Of a stretch of 64,000 bases of DNA, positions 27,647 to 57,830 are shown piece after piece (positions within the stretch are counted from its first letter, which is position 1; every line of letters begins with the position of its first letter). The DNA lies in the NCBI GenBank assembly GCA_964016885.1, contig OZ024762.1:5394001-5458000 (forward strand). Reading direction: 5' to 3'. The notes below the pieces were generated by a model. That model was not told the origin of the DNA. It worked only from the letters and a program-made list of their open reading frames with translations, and searched no databases. Both the position numbers and the translations under genes were made by a program. The stretch is from Eledone cirrhosa (taxonomy: Eukaryota).

Positions 27647-28472
27647 CAGGGTGTGGACGATATTTGTTCGCAATTTTCAACTAATTTTATTTACTTCCGC
27701 TGTCACTCTTGCCTTCATAAAAACAGTGACTACATTTCCATTATTTATTTTCAGAATAATTGATTATGAATAATTTTGAACCTCCAAATTTGTGGAAGAG
27801 ACACGGAGTTCTTCTTGGAATCCGCACCGGGAGGACAAACAAGACCAGAAGGTCAACTCCCAGAACAATAGGTGACTCGCTGTCTCATCCAAAGACGTGC
27901 CCAGAGTCATGCAGACAAAGTTTCCAGTGACAACATTGGTCTTATGTGTCGTCATGCCACCTCACTTATTCCCTGAGGGCCTCAAGCTGAACACTGATGG
28001 CTACATCTGCGTTCTGAGCGAGGTAGTAAAGCCCTGGATCGACCAGGTAGCTGCAGGTAGGCCGTACGTGTGGCAGCAAGACTCAGCGCCCTGCCATACC
28101 AGCTGAAAGACCCAAGCCTGGCTGTCAGAGAACTTCGTCGACCACATTTCACCTGACATCTGGCCTCTCCCAGCTCGCCTGACTGCAACCCCCTCAACTT
28201 CTTTGTGTGGGGCGATATGGAACGAGACACCAACAGATCTAGCTGCAATACGAAAGACGATCTGAAGGCCTAAGTCGGGGGACAGTGACGAAGGCCTGTA
28301 GCCGGTTCCGAGGCTGCCATCAAAGCCAATGGCGGGTTTATCGAGTGAGATCGAAAGAACAAGTCATGAAGACAAACTGACCCAAGTTTGATAAATAAAT
28401 CTTAAAAAATAAAACTACTGTGTTATTCTTTCCTAGGCAGTAATCTTGCAAACAAATATCGTCCGCACCCTG
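27647..28472 (+). mobile_element. Internally deleted Tc1/mariner DNA transposon
   Basis: 27-bp TIRs CAGGGTGYGGACGATATTTGTTYGCAA at both ends, TA flanks, transposase motifs WQQDSAPCHT and SPDCNPLNFFVW. Confidence 0.92.
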
Positions 28473-28506
<34 letters not shown>

Positions 28507-28741
28507 TATATATATACATAGTCAATGGTTTACATTCTCAACCATGTAGTATGCAATATTGTCAGATCCCAGACATAATTTCAGTCATAAAAATTGTTCA
28601 AATGTGACAATGCTATGACACACTGACTACCAGCGACTCAATGAAATGCTTCAACTGTTTTGAAAATCTCTGATTTAGACATAATAGTATATATATAAAA
28701 ATAGTCAGATAATTGGCACAATTGTTAGAATGTCGGATAGA

Positions 28742-29093
28742 ATCATCATCATCATCATCACCATTTCATTTAACGTCCGCTTTTTCTCTGCTTGCAAGGG
28801 TGGGACGGGAACTGATTCTGGCTCGATTTCTACAGCTGGATGCCCTTCCTAACACCAACCTCATTTACAGTGAGTGCTGGGTGCTTTTTTGCCGTGGCAC
28901 CTCCACGACCACTTTGCAGTGGAATGATAGGGACCCCCAGTCCCTATCATCTCATTTCTACAGCTGAGTAAACTGGAGCAATGTGAAATAAAGTGTCTTG
29001 CTCAAGGAAACAACACATCACCCGGTCTGAGAATTGAACTCACAACCTTTCGATTGCAAGGCCAATGCTCTAACCACTAAGCCATGTGCTTCC
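28742..29093 (-). mobile_element. SINE family B: tRNA-derived head, RTE-derived tail
   Basis: Head TGGCTTAGTGGTTAGAGC...GAGTTCAATTC; copies at 19845-20005(-), 41163-41497(+), 43362-43699(-), 58096-58443(+). Confidence 0.88.
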
Positions 29094-29953
29094 ATACTGC
29101 TTTGCAGTATTCAGTTCCGCTTTCTACTCTCTGAATTCAAATTCCGCCGAAGTCAACTCTGCCTTTCATTCATTAAAGGTCGATAAAAAAGTACCAGTGA
29201 AGTACTGGAGTCAATTCTTCCTCTAAATCTCTTTCTGTCATTCTTTATCTTCCTTTCGCCATCTTCAAATTCTACGTAAATAATATGGTTTGGATTTTTG
29301 CCCCCATTTCTCAGACATAAAATAGTGGGGTCAGCTTCTATTCATATCTGCTTATATTTGAGTATAAATAGTGATTTTGAAAATAATCAAGAATTTGAAA
29401 GTATTTAGTAAAATTAGTGACCTTTTCATTACTAATCTGCTGTTTGGAACATAATCTTATCAAGGTTTTATTTTTTCCTCCAAAAAATTATGACTTGAAG
29501 ATTTTAATTTAAATATGAACAATCTAAAATTAGAGGTTTTGTATGAGAAAACCAGCGACAGTTTTAGGAAGTTTGGTAGCAAAAAGTTTTGCTTTCCAGC
29601 ATAGTTACGTCTCTTTACAGTCTGAGTTCAAATCCCATCGAGGTTAACTTTGCCTTTCATCCTTACGGGGGTCGATAAAATAAAGTACCAGTAATGCACT
29701 GGGTAATTGCTGGCCTTGTGCCAAAGGTAGAAACAATTATTATATTTCTAATGAAAGATACTAACTCTGAGATGAAGGAAAGAAGGAGATGAAGTATGAA
29801 AGAAGTAAAAAAAAGGAAAAAAGTCAGGAAAGGAAGAGATGGAGTTAGAAGGAAACAAAGAGATGGTAAGAAAGAAAGAAATTAAAAAAAAAAGAAACAA
29901 TACTGACAAATGAAAAAATAAAAAAATAACAAAAAAACTTTTTTTTAAGAAAA

Positions 29954-29959
29954 TTTATT
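29954..29959 (-). terminator. Probable POLR2E poly(A) signal AATAAA
   Basis: First AATAAA ~125 nt after the stop, followed by T-rich sequence on minus. Confidence 0.6.
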
Positions 29960-30083
29960 GAGTAACATTGGCTCTAGTGATGATGATGATGATGAAGGGT
30001 AGAGAAATAGATGACAAGAGAAATAGATGACAATACATGTTGATGTTAAAGAGAGAGGTGGGGTTGTTGACATCATCTCTCAA

Positions 30084-49166
<19,083 letters not shown>

Positions 49167-49620
49167 GAAGAAATAATAAGAAGACTTCTTAAGATTGATT
49201 CAAACAGTCCACAAGAAGACAACCGGAAATTAATCACATAAACTTCCGGTTGTCGAACTTTCCGCAGCTTCGTAGAAACTAAAGTAACTTTTGTATAAAT
49301 ATTGTGAAAAATAACAACAGTGAATCTAAATAGAACAAAAATATGAGAAACAATACTTAATTTTATTTTAAAATAATATATTTATTCAGAATTGTAATCA
49401 TGCTTCTGTTTCTGTCGATCATAACGTATCCTTACTCTCTCTAAACACAATTTACCAGTGACCCTTAGATAACATAAGAAGGTGACCTTTCAAGTTTTTA
49501 CGATGAGAGAAATATGAGAGAGACAGGGATACAAGTAGCGAGTGAGGGAATAGGAAAGATAGAAAGAGTATATATTTAGTTTCGTATCTTCCATATCTGT
49601 ATGTTTTGGTGGTTGTTACA
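49167..49620. promoter_or_regulatory. Shared (bidirectional) promoter and 5'UTR region of POLR2E and GPX4
   Basis: 454 bp between divergent ATGs; inverted pair of ETS cores GACAACCGGAA-N15-TTCCGGTTGTC at 49218-49254. Confidence 0.7.
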
Positions 49621-49689
49621 ATGTTCAGCCGTGTCTTACTGACCAGCCTTCTGGCTGCAAAACCTCTTGCCTGCAACTTATCAACAAAC
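49621..49689 (+). CDS. GPX4: GPX4 probable exon 1 (mitochondrial presequence-like)
   Basis: [23 protein letters not shown]|GTAAGA; phase 0 matches exon 2; no acidic residues. Confidence 0.68.
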
Positions 49690-50510
49690 GTAAGAAATTA
49701 TAGTTTACTATATATATATATATATTATTAATATTATTAATATTCGAAAAACTCAGATTACATTTATTGTATTCAGCCATGTAGAGCGAAAAAGTTTTTT
49801 ATTATTATTATATATATAATAATTGTTTCTACTTTTGACACAAGGCCAGCAATTATTCCAGTGTATTACTGGTACTTTATTTTATCGACCCCGTAAGGAT
49901 GAAAGGCAAAGTCAACCTCAGCGGGATTTGAACTCAGACCATAAAGGGAAGTAACTCTTTGCTGAAAAGTATGGCGTCCGACCCTCTACCGATACTGCCA
50001 ATCCACAATAAAAATGGTTTCCCTCTACATGGCTGAATACAATAAATGTAATCTGAGTTTTTCGAATAGTAATAATTGTCTCTACTTTTGGTACAAGGCC
50101 AGCAAATATTTCAGTGTATTACTGGTACTTTATTTTATCGACCCCGTAAGGATGAAAGGCAAAGTTAACCTCGGCGAGATTATTAATAATAATATTAGAT
50201 TCGTTTGCAATTATGCAAACGCCTCATTTTTAAAGCCATGTCAGTTGAATGAGGGGCTCATTCTACTGACATGGTTTTTAAAATGAGGCGTTTGTATAAT
50301 TGCAAACGAATTGAATATCATTATTAATATAGTAATGCACTGGGTAATAAAAATAAAGTACCAGTAATGCACTGGGTAATAAAAATTAATATAGTAATGC
50401 ACTGGGTAATACAAATAAAGTACCAGTAATGCACTGGGTAATTGCTGGCCTTGTGCCTAAAGTAGAAACAATTATTAATATTCGAAAAACTCAGATTACA
50501 TTTATATCAT

Positions 50511-50554
<44 letters not shown>

Positions 50555-53500
50555 GTTTTGTATATTTCTATAGCTATGTTTATGCCTAATGTATCCGTGT
50601 TTTTATATATATTTATACATACATGCATAAATATATTGATGATTTCTACAACATTAGAACTGTTTCATTCGTATGAAATCATCCGGAATATTCCCGATGA
50701 TTTCATAAGAATGAAACAGTTATAGTCCCGTATTGAGTACCTTATTTAACTTTGGTTATTTCCCGATCCCCTTCGCGATACCAACTTTAGTTATATATGT
50801 TCTCTTTGTTCCGTTTGCTCTCCATGGAGCGCTGGGTAACGAAAGATCTCTATTCCACACGATCGTCACAGGCCAGGTTTCTGCTCATCGTTTCTGTAGC
50901 AATTTTAATGAAGGTGAAGTTGCTAACCTCACACTCCATCCCTTCCTCCCTTCTCAACTAACGTCGGATTTCGAGCTCAAGGACAATGAAGTTCCGTAAC
51001 TCTGGATAGGGGTCCATTCAGCTAAAACTTAATAAAATAATTAATTGAACTAGTGTGTATTTCATTAGAAGTATCACCCTGAAAGGGTTAAGTTCCTGCA
51101 TGGTTGATTTTTAACCTTTTAATTCTGCCAAGATTTTGGTAATATGTTAGTACCAAGTCAGTTAATTAAAGGTCTTCTTTGGTTACTTCCTTTATTTAAT
51201 TCATATTTCAGTCTTCGGTACCTAAAACCATATATGAGTTTTCTGCAAAGAATATCGATGGAAAAGAAGTGTCCCTGGAGAAATATCGGTAAGTAGTACC
51301 TTGTTGTTGTTTTTATAATCCATACTTTATCCTTGATCCAGCAGACATATGATCAAATGTGTTCCAGCTATGACCATCCAGTCTTTTTCAAGATTTGGTA
51401 CACCCAGGACAAAATTGTTTGCGTTCTTAACTCTTTTGCTACCAACCCACTCAAAACCACCTCTCGTTCTATGAAATAGAATCATTCATTTTAAAGAGTT
51501 CCTGTGTACATCAAAACCATACAATATTATTTAATATAAGACTTAGTTGTTCATTTATGTTATAAATACCATCTTTAAAATGAAATAATTAATAATTTTT
51601 AGTAAAACCCTCCAATACTTCAATAAAATACAGCAGAGCTGGGCTGAGGAAAAAATACAGCTGAAAAAATGTTACAAAACTAATGTTATAGCTGCTGCAC
51701 AAAATTGGGCAGGCCTTAGCAGAGCTCTGAAAACACATGTCAGGTCCTCAGCTGTCTGTCAGTGTCACCTTAACAGACAGGTGAAGACACACCTCTGATC
51801 CTCAGCTGTCTGTCAGTGTCACCTCAACTGACCAGTGAAGACACACACCTGACCCTCAGCTGTCTGTCAGTGTCACCTCAACTGACCAGTGAAGACACAC
51901 CCCTGACCCTCAGCTGTCTGTCAGTGTCACCTCAACTGACCAGTGAAGACACACCCCTGACCCTCAGCTGTCTGTCAGTGTCACCTCAACTGACCAGTGA
52001 AGACACACCCCTGACCCTCAGCTGTCTGTCAGTGTCACCTCAACTGACCAGTGAAGACCCACCCCTGACCCTCAGCTGTCTGTCAGTGTCACCTCAACTG
52101 ACCAGTGAAGACACACCCCTGACCCTCAGCTGTCTGTCAGTGTCACCTCAACTGACCAGTGAAGACACACCTCTGGCCCCTTAGGAGTCAATACCTCCCT
52201 TTAGTGTTTTACTGTTGCATCATTTTGTTCTATATTTTTGTTGTCTATTTTTTAGGGGTCATGTTGCCATAATTGTCAATGTTGCCAGTAAATGAGGCTT
52301 AACTTCCTCTAACTATATCCAGTTAGAGGAGTTGTATGAGAAGTATGGAAAGTCTAAGGGTCTTCGTATTCTGGCCTTCCCATGTAACCAGTTTGGCTTC
52401 CAGGTAAGTTGTCTAATGTGCATCAAGTCTTTGGGGGAAGTGAGTCCCACCATGGAGTCTGCACACACACCTGGGTATCCTCAAAGGTAGAACAGGAGGT
52501 CTGCTAGCTAAATTCAAGATTTCTAGTACTTTGTTAAAAACATAATATACACACTATATTGGGTATCTATTCTTCTCTTTTGATTTTTAACTTCATCAAC
52601 ATTTAACGTCTGTTTTACTTGCTAGCAAGGGTTGGATAGGTCTTCACAGACCGAGTCAATATTCAAGTGGGGGCTACTGACCTCTCAGATGTCCTGGGGG
52701 CCTGAATCTTATTTACATACGATATTGCACTCCACTGAGTGCATTTTATTGTGACACTAGCATTAGGGAGGTTGTCGTGTCTTTGACACAACTGAAGGGG
52801 CCTGACGGCGCTTTGTTTGGCAAGCTTTCTATCGCGGGATGCTCTTCCTATAACCAACCACATTACAGAATGTAGTGGGTGAATTCAAATCCATTCCGAG
52901 GTTAGCTTTGCCTTTCATCCTTACAGAGTCAATAAAATAAAGCACCAGTAATGCACTGGGGTCTATTTAATCGACTTTCTCCTCACCCCAAAAATTGCTG
53001 ACCTTGTGCCTATAGTAGAAATCATTATTTTTGTTAGTTTATGATTCAGTATGTTGTTACAGCTCACACCTAAGAAGGTTTAGCTGGCCTCCTACAAAGT
53101 TGTATCGCAAAAGAGGTTTCTCATATTTCAATGATTGGTGCCCTGGTCTTATGCTGTTGTTTTTATTACTGTTCGTTTCTATGTAGGTTTAATAGATCTA
53201 CTACGAGGTTGTATCTTACAGGAGGTTTCTCAAGTATTTTAAAGATAGGGGCCCAGCCCTATGTTGTAGGTACCGCTCACAGCTATGTAGGTTTAGCTGG
53301 CCTCTAACAAAGTTGTATCTCATAGGTTTATCTGGTGGTTTAAAAATAGGGGCCCCAGTCTTATGATGTTGTTACAGCTCACACCTATGTAGGTTTAGCT
53401 GGCCTCCTACAAGATTGCAACTTATAGGAGATTTCTCAGTTATCTTAATGATAGGGGTCTCTGGTCAGCTTTGCCTTTCAGGATTGATGTTGTTTCTTAA

Positions 53501-56350
53501 ATGTTTTTTTTTTTTTTTTTTTGGTTTATTTTTACCAGGAACCTGGAAGTAATGAAGAAATCAAGAATTATGTTTGCCAAAAATTTCGAGTGAAGTTTGA
53601 TATGTTTAGTAAAGTAAATGTCAATGGAAAGTCAGCTCACCCTTTGTGGACGTTTTTGAAAGCTTCACAGCCTGGGTTTTTAACCAAGTAAGGAATACTC
53701 CCTACTCATTCAGACTTTCTTATTGGTTTCAGTCATTAGACTGCGGGCATACTGGGGCATCACCTTATTGGTTTCAGTCATTAGTCTGCGGCCATGTTGG
53801 GACACCACCTTATTAGTTGCAGTCATTAGACTGCAGCCATGCTGGGGCACCACATTCTTTTTACTGGTTTCAGTTGATAGACTGTGACCTTACTGGTTTC
53901 AGTTAATAGACTGTTGCCATGCTGGGGTACCACCTTACTGGTTTCAATTATTAGACTGTGGTCATGCTGGGGCAACTTTTTTTCAAGCACTGGGCTGCAT
54001 AGAATGTGGTTTGCTTTAGGGCGGGCTGCACTACTAAAACATTGAAGGCAATTTTGAAATTGGACGTGCCATTCAGAAAGCCAAATGGGCCTCATATGGC
54101 TAGTGGGCAGCAGTGTGCTCATGACTGCATTAGACTTTGGCCATGCTAGGGCATTCTGCAACTCTGAGCTATTGTACAGGAGACTTGCCCAAAATGCATG
54201 AAGTGGGATTTGTTTTTTTTTTGTTTTTTTTTTTTAAGTCCATACAAGAAAAAGTAACTCTTTAAAGTGACATAACTCTACACACAGCCATGCAATGAAA
54301 CAAATACTGATGGAATAAACACCTGATTTAATACTGGGTGTCAATGTAACTGACTAAACACTTGAAGTGCTCCAGCGTGGCCAGAACTAGTGCCAGTAAA
54401 AGAACACGATTTCTATAGTAAATGGTTCACTAAGCAAATAGAATATATTATAAACTATAAATTCCTATCTACAGATTCAGTACAGAATTTGTGAGGCACT
54501 TTGAGAGATGTGTATGTAAACACACATCTATGTATGTAAACGCACACATTTATGTATGTAAACGCACACATTTATGTATGTAAACACACATTTATGTATG
54601 TAAACGCACACATCTATGTATGTAAACACACATTTATGTATGTAAACACACATTATGTATGTAAACACACACATCTATGTATGTAAACACACATTTATGT
54701 AAACACATTTATGTAAACACACATTTATATATGTAAACACATTTTTATATGTAAACACACATTTATATATGTAAATACACATTTATATATGTAAATACAC
54801 ATTTATATATGTAAATGCACATTTATATATATAAATACGCATTTATATATGTAAATACACATTTATGTATGTAAACACACACATTTATGTATGTAAACAC
54901 ACACACTTATATATGTAAATACACACACTTATATATGTTAACACATTTATTTATGTAAACCCACATATAAATTTCTATTTACATACATAAATGTGTTTTG
55001 ATATATGAATGTATGTTTACACATAAATGTGTATGTTTACATATATAAATGAGTGCGTTTAAAATATAAATGAGTGTGTTTACATATATGTGTGTGCTTT
55101 CATATATATATATATGTGTGTATGCTTCCATATATAAATATGTGTGTTAACTTAAATAGTTGTTTAAATATATAAACTTGTGTGTTTATATATGTAGGTG
55201 TGTGTTTCCATATTTTACATAAATGTGTGTTTACAAATATATGAGTGTGTTTACATATATAAATTAATGTGTTTACATATATAAATTAATGTGTTTACAT
55301 ATATAAATTAATGTTTACATCTATAAATGTGTGTTTACATATATAAATTAATGTGTCTACGTATATAAATGTGTTTACATCTATAGACTAGTGTGTATAC
55401 ATAGATAAATGTGTGTGTTTACATCTATAGACTAGTGTGTATACATAGATAAATGTGTGTTTACATCTATAGACTAGTGTGTATACATAGATAAATGTGT
55501 GTGTTTACATCTATAGACTAGTGTGTATACATAGATAAATGTGTGTTTACATCTATAGACTAGTGTGTATACATAGATAAATGTGTGTGTTTATATCTAT
55601 AGACTAGTGTGTATACATAGATAAATGTGTGTGTTTATATCCATAAATGTGTGTCTCTGTTTCATCTTGCAGTGATATCAAATGGAATTTGACCAAATTC
55701 CTCATCAACAAGGAAGGTGTCCCTGTTAAACGTTACGGCCCAAAAACTGCCCCAAAGGTAACTTAGAACGTTTTTGTATTCCATCCAGAATTACAAGATG
55801 TCTAACCCCCCCCCCCCCCTTATCTACCTATCAATCTATCTATATATATCCACCTACCTATCTATCTATATATCTACTTACCTATCTACCTACCCATCCA
55901 CCCACCCATCTATCTATCTATCTATCCACCTACGTATCTACCTGTCACTCCAGCTATCCATCCACCTCTATATCTACCTTTCTACCCACACACCTCTATA
56001 TATACCTTTCTACCCACCTACCTCTACATCTACCTTTCTACCCACCTACCTCTATATCTACCTGCCTACCCACACACCTCTATATCTACCTTTCTATCCA
56101 CCTACCTCTATATCTACCTTTCTATCCACCTACCTCTATATCTACCTTTCTACCCACCCACCTCTATATCTACCTGCCTACCCACACACCTCTATATCTA
56201 CCTGTTTATCCACCCACCTGTCTATCCACCTACCTCTATATCTACCTGTATATCCACCTATTTACCTCTGTGCACTTGTCTTACTTATTTATCTCATTAT
56301 TTTACCTGTCTTTTCAGGAAATAGAGAAAGATTTAGCCAACTATTTGTAA
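49621..56350 (+). CDS. GPX4: Phospholipid-hydroperoxide glutathione peroxidase (selenoprotein), 6 coding exons, 186 aa
   Basis: Exons 49621-49689, 51212-51288, 52256-52403, 53539-53687, 55673-55757, 56318-56350; GT-AG, phases consistent; [30 protein letters not shown]; SECIS downstream. Confidence 0.93.
51212..51288 (+). CDS. GPX4: GPX4 exon 2
   Basis: [25 protein letters not shown](R)|GTAAGT. Confidence 0.93.
51745..52175. repeat. 54-bp tandem minisatellite (~8 copies), GPX4 intron 2
   Basis: Unit CTCAGCTGTCTGTCAGTGTCACCTCAACTGACCAGTGAAGACACACCCCTGACC. Confidence 0.95.
52256..52403 (+). CDS. GPX4: GPX4 exon 3 with Sec codon TGA at 52293-52295
   Basis: [49 protein letters not shown]. Confidence 0.95.
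53539..53687 (+). CDS. GPX4: GPX4 exon 4
   Basis: [49 protein letters not shown]. Confidence 0.95.
54510..55655. repeat. AT-rich minisatellite that reverses orientation near 54970
   Basis: ATGTAAACACACATTT units, then AAATGTGTGTTTACAT units. Confidence 0.85.
55673..55757 (+). CDS. GPX4: GPX4 exon 5
   Basis: (N)[28 protein letters not shown]|GTAACT. Confidence 0.95.
56318..56350 (+). CDS. GPX4: GPX4 exon 6 (last coding)
   Basis: TTTTCAG|[13 protein letters not shown], homologous to vertebrate VIEKDLPHYF. Confidence 0.9.
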   Translation, partial: EIEKDLANYL

Positions 56351-56493
56351 ACAATCCCAACTACTACAGCTACTACTACCAATGACGCCACTGTAGCTAC
56401 TAGTACATATACAGCTACTATCAGTACTACTACAGTTACTACTACCAATGGCACCACTAGCAGACTGACTGACATTCAATGGTGTTGTCCACT

Positions 56494-56566
56494 TTGATAT
56501 CATTTATGATGGATACTTTCTGAAACCTTACCTGGGATAGAAAATTCCTGAATTCACCTGTATTAC
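56494..56566 (+). promoter_or_regulatory. SECIS element (type II) in GPX4 3'UTR
   Basis: ATGAT(56506)-12 nt GGATACTTTCTG-AAA-ministem CCT/GGG-ATAGAAAATTCC-TGAA(56549-56552); helix GGA/TCC and TTTCTG/TAGAAA. Confidence 0.88.
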
Positions 56567-56604
56567 TCACCTTGGTCAACACTGCTTCTATGTCTATCTG
56601 TCTG

Positions 56605-56662
<58 letters not shown>

Positions 56663-56675
56663 ATATATATATTAT

Positions 56676-57027
56676 ATACAATATATTAACAAATGGAAAC
56701 TATATTTATAAAACTATATTTATTTCATTATACATATTTCAAGGACACCAAAGCAAATTATGGTGCACTTTCATCAGATAAAATATAATATAGATCAGTT
56801 TTATAAACAAATATTGACATACCCTTAAAGAATGCGACCATGTCGGGAGCTTCCAACCGACATGGTCGCATTCTTTAAGGGTATGTCAATATTTGTTTAT
56901 AAAACTGATCTATATTATATTTTATCTGATGAAAGTGCACCATAATTTGCTTTGGTGTCCTTGAAATATGTATAATGAAATAAATATGGTTTTATAAATA
57001 TAGTTTCCATTTGTTAATATATTGTAT
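56676..57027. repeat. Inverted repeat, 171-bp arms, 10-nt loop
   Basis: 56676-56846 is the reverse complement of 56857-57027 with one difference seen; loop GAGCTTCCAA. Confidence 0.95.
56918..56982 (+). ncRNA. Type I hammerhead motif, sense to GPX4 (mirror copy on minus at 56721-56785)
   Basis: TATTTTAT-CTGATGA(56926)-AAGtGCACCA/TGGTGTcCTT-GAA-ATATGTAT-A(56974)-ATGAAATA. Confidence 0.72.
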
Positions 57028-57129
57028 TTTTACTTCAATAATTTGTTGAGTGCTTTATATCAGTTATAAAAATATTTGCTTGTTGTATCCCAACAAATTA
57101 AATATAACTTCTACATATATATATATATT

Positions 57130-57164
<35 letters not shown>

Positions 57165-57559
57165 ATATATATATATACCCTTATAAAAAGGAAGTTTGTT
57201 TGTACATTGACTGTTATAAAATAGAATTGATAATAATTAAGGTTTTTCATGTGTTTTCAATTAAAAATATATTTAGATGTTATTTATCCTTTTTTTTTTT
57301 TTTTTTTTTTGCACAATCAGAACCTCACAAATTCAAACAAAATGTGAAGGCTATCTTAAAAAGCATAAATAAAATAAAATAAAATAAAATAATACATTTA
57401 CCATTGGTTTATGAATGAATGAAGAATTTACTTACTCATTTCTGTAATTCAGGAAAGTTGATTTAAATGTGTAAGTGTGGTAAATATATACATATACACC
57501 AGGAACGAAACTCCCACTGTCACTGCTTCCACCTCTTCCGATCTCCCCATCAATCACTA

Positions 57560-57830
57560 TTATGAGCAAATGGGGCCCACGTGTTGGCCGCCCAGCAGCC
57601 CAGGCGATCGGAATAGAGGATGGTGAGGGAGACGCGCTGGAAAATCCATTCCAGCTGCGGATAGCCAACTCTGTGCCAAAGGTGGTGAGTTGGGAGGTAG
57701 CCCTAGAGCCAACGACACCAGAAGTCTCCATTGCTATGGGCTCAACAACAAACCTGTCGGAGAGTGACCGATATTTGGAGAGTTTACGCTCCTTGGCCCA
57801 AAGTGTGGCAGAGCCTGAGTTAATTAAAAT
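57560..57830 (-). mobile_element. Restriction-like endonuclease C-terminus of a CRE/NeSL-type non-LTR element
   Basis: AKERKLSKYRSLSDRFVVEPIAMETSGVVG motif (K..KY...F.P.A.ET.G). Confidence 0.65.

Noticed and set aside
49426-49435. U12-like donor GTATCCTTAC upstream of the GPX4 ATG
   Set aside because: Splicing to 51212 from the ATG at 49400 would be out of frame, and the candidate branch point TTCCTTTAT is off-consensus; likely chance
52293-52295. GPX4 as a pseudogene because of the internal TGA
   Set aside because: TGA is at the catalytic Sec position, all exons are intact and a SECIS is present
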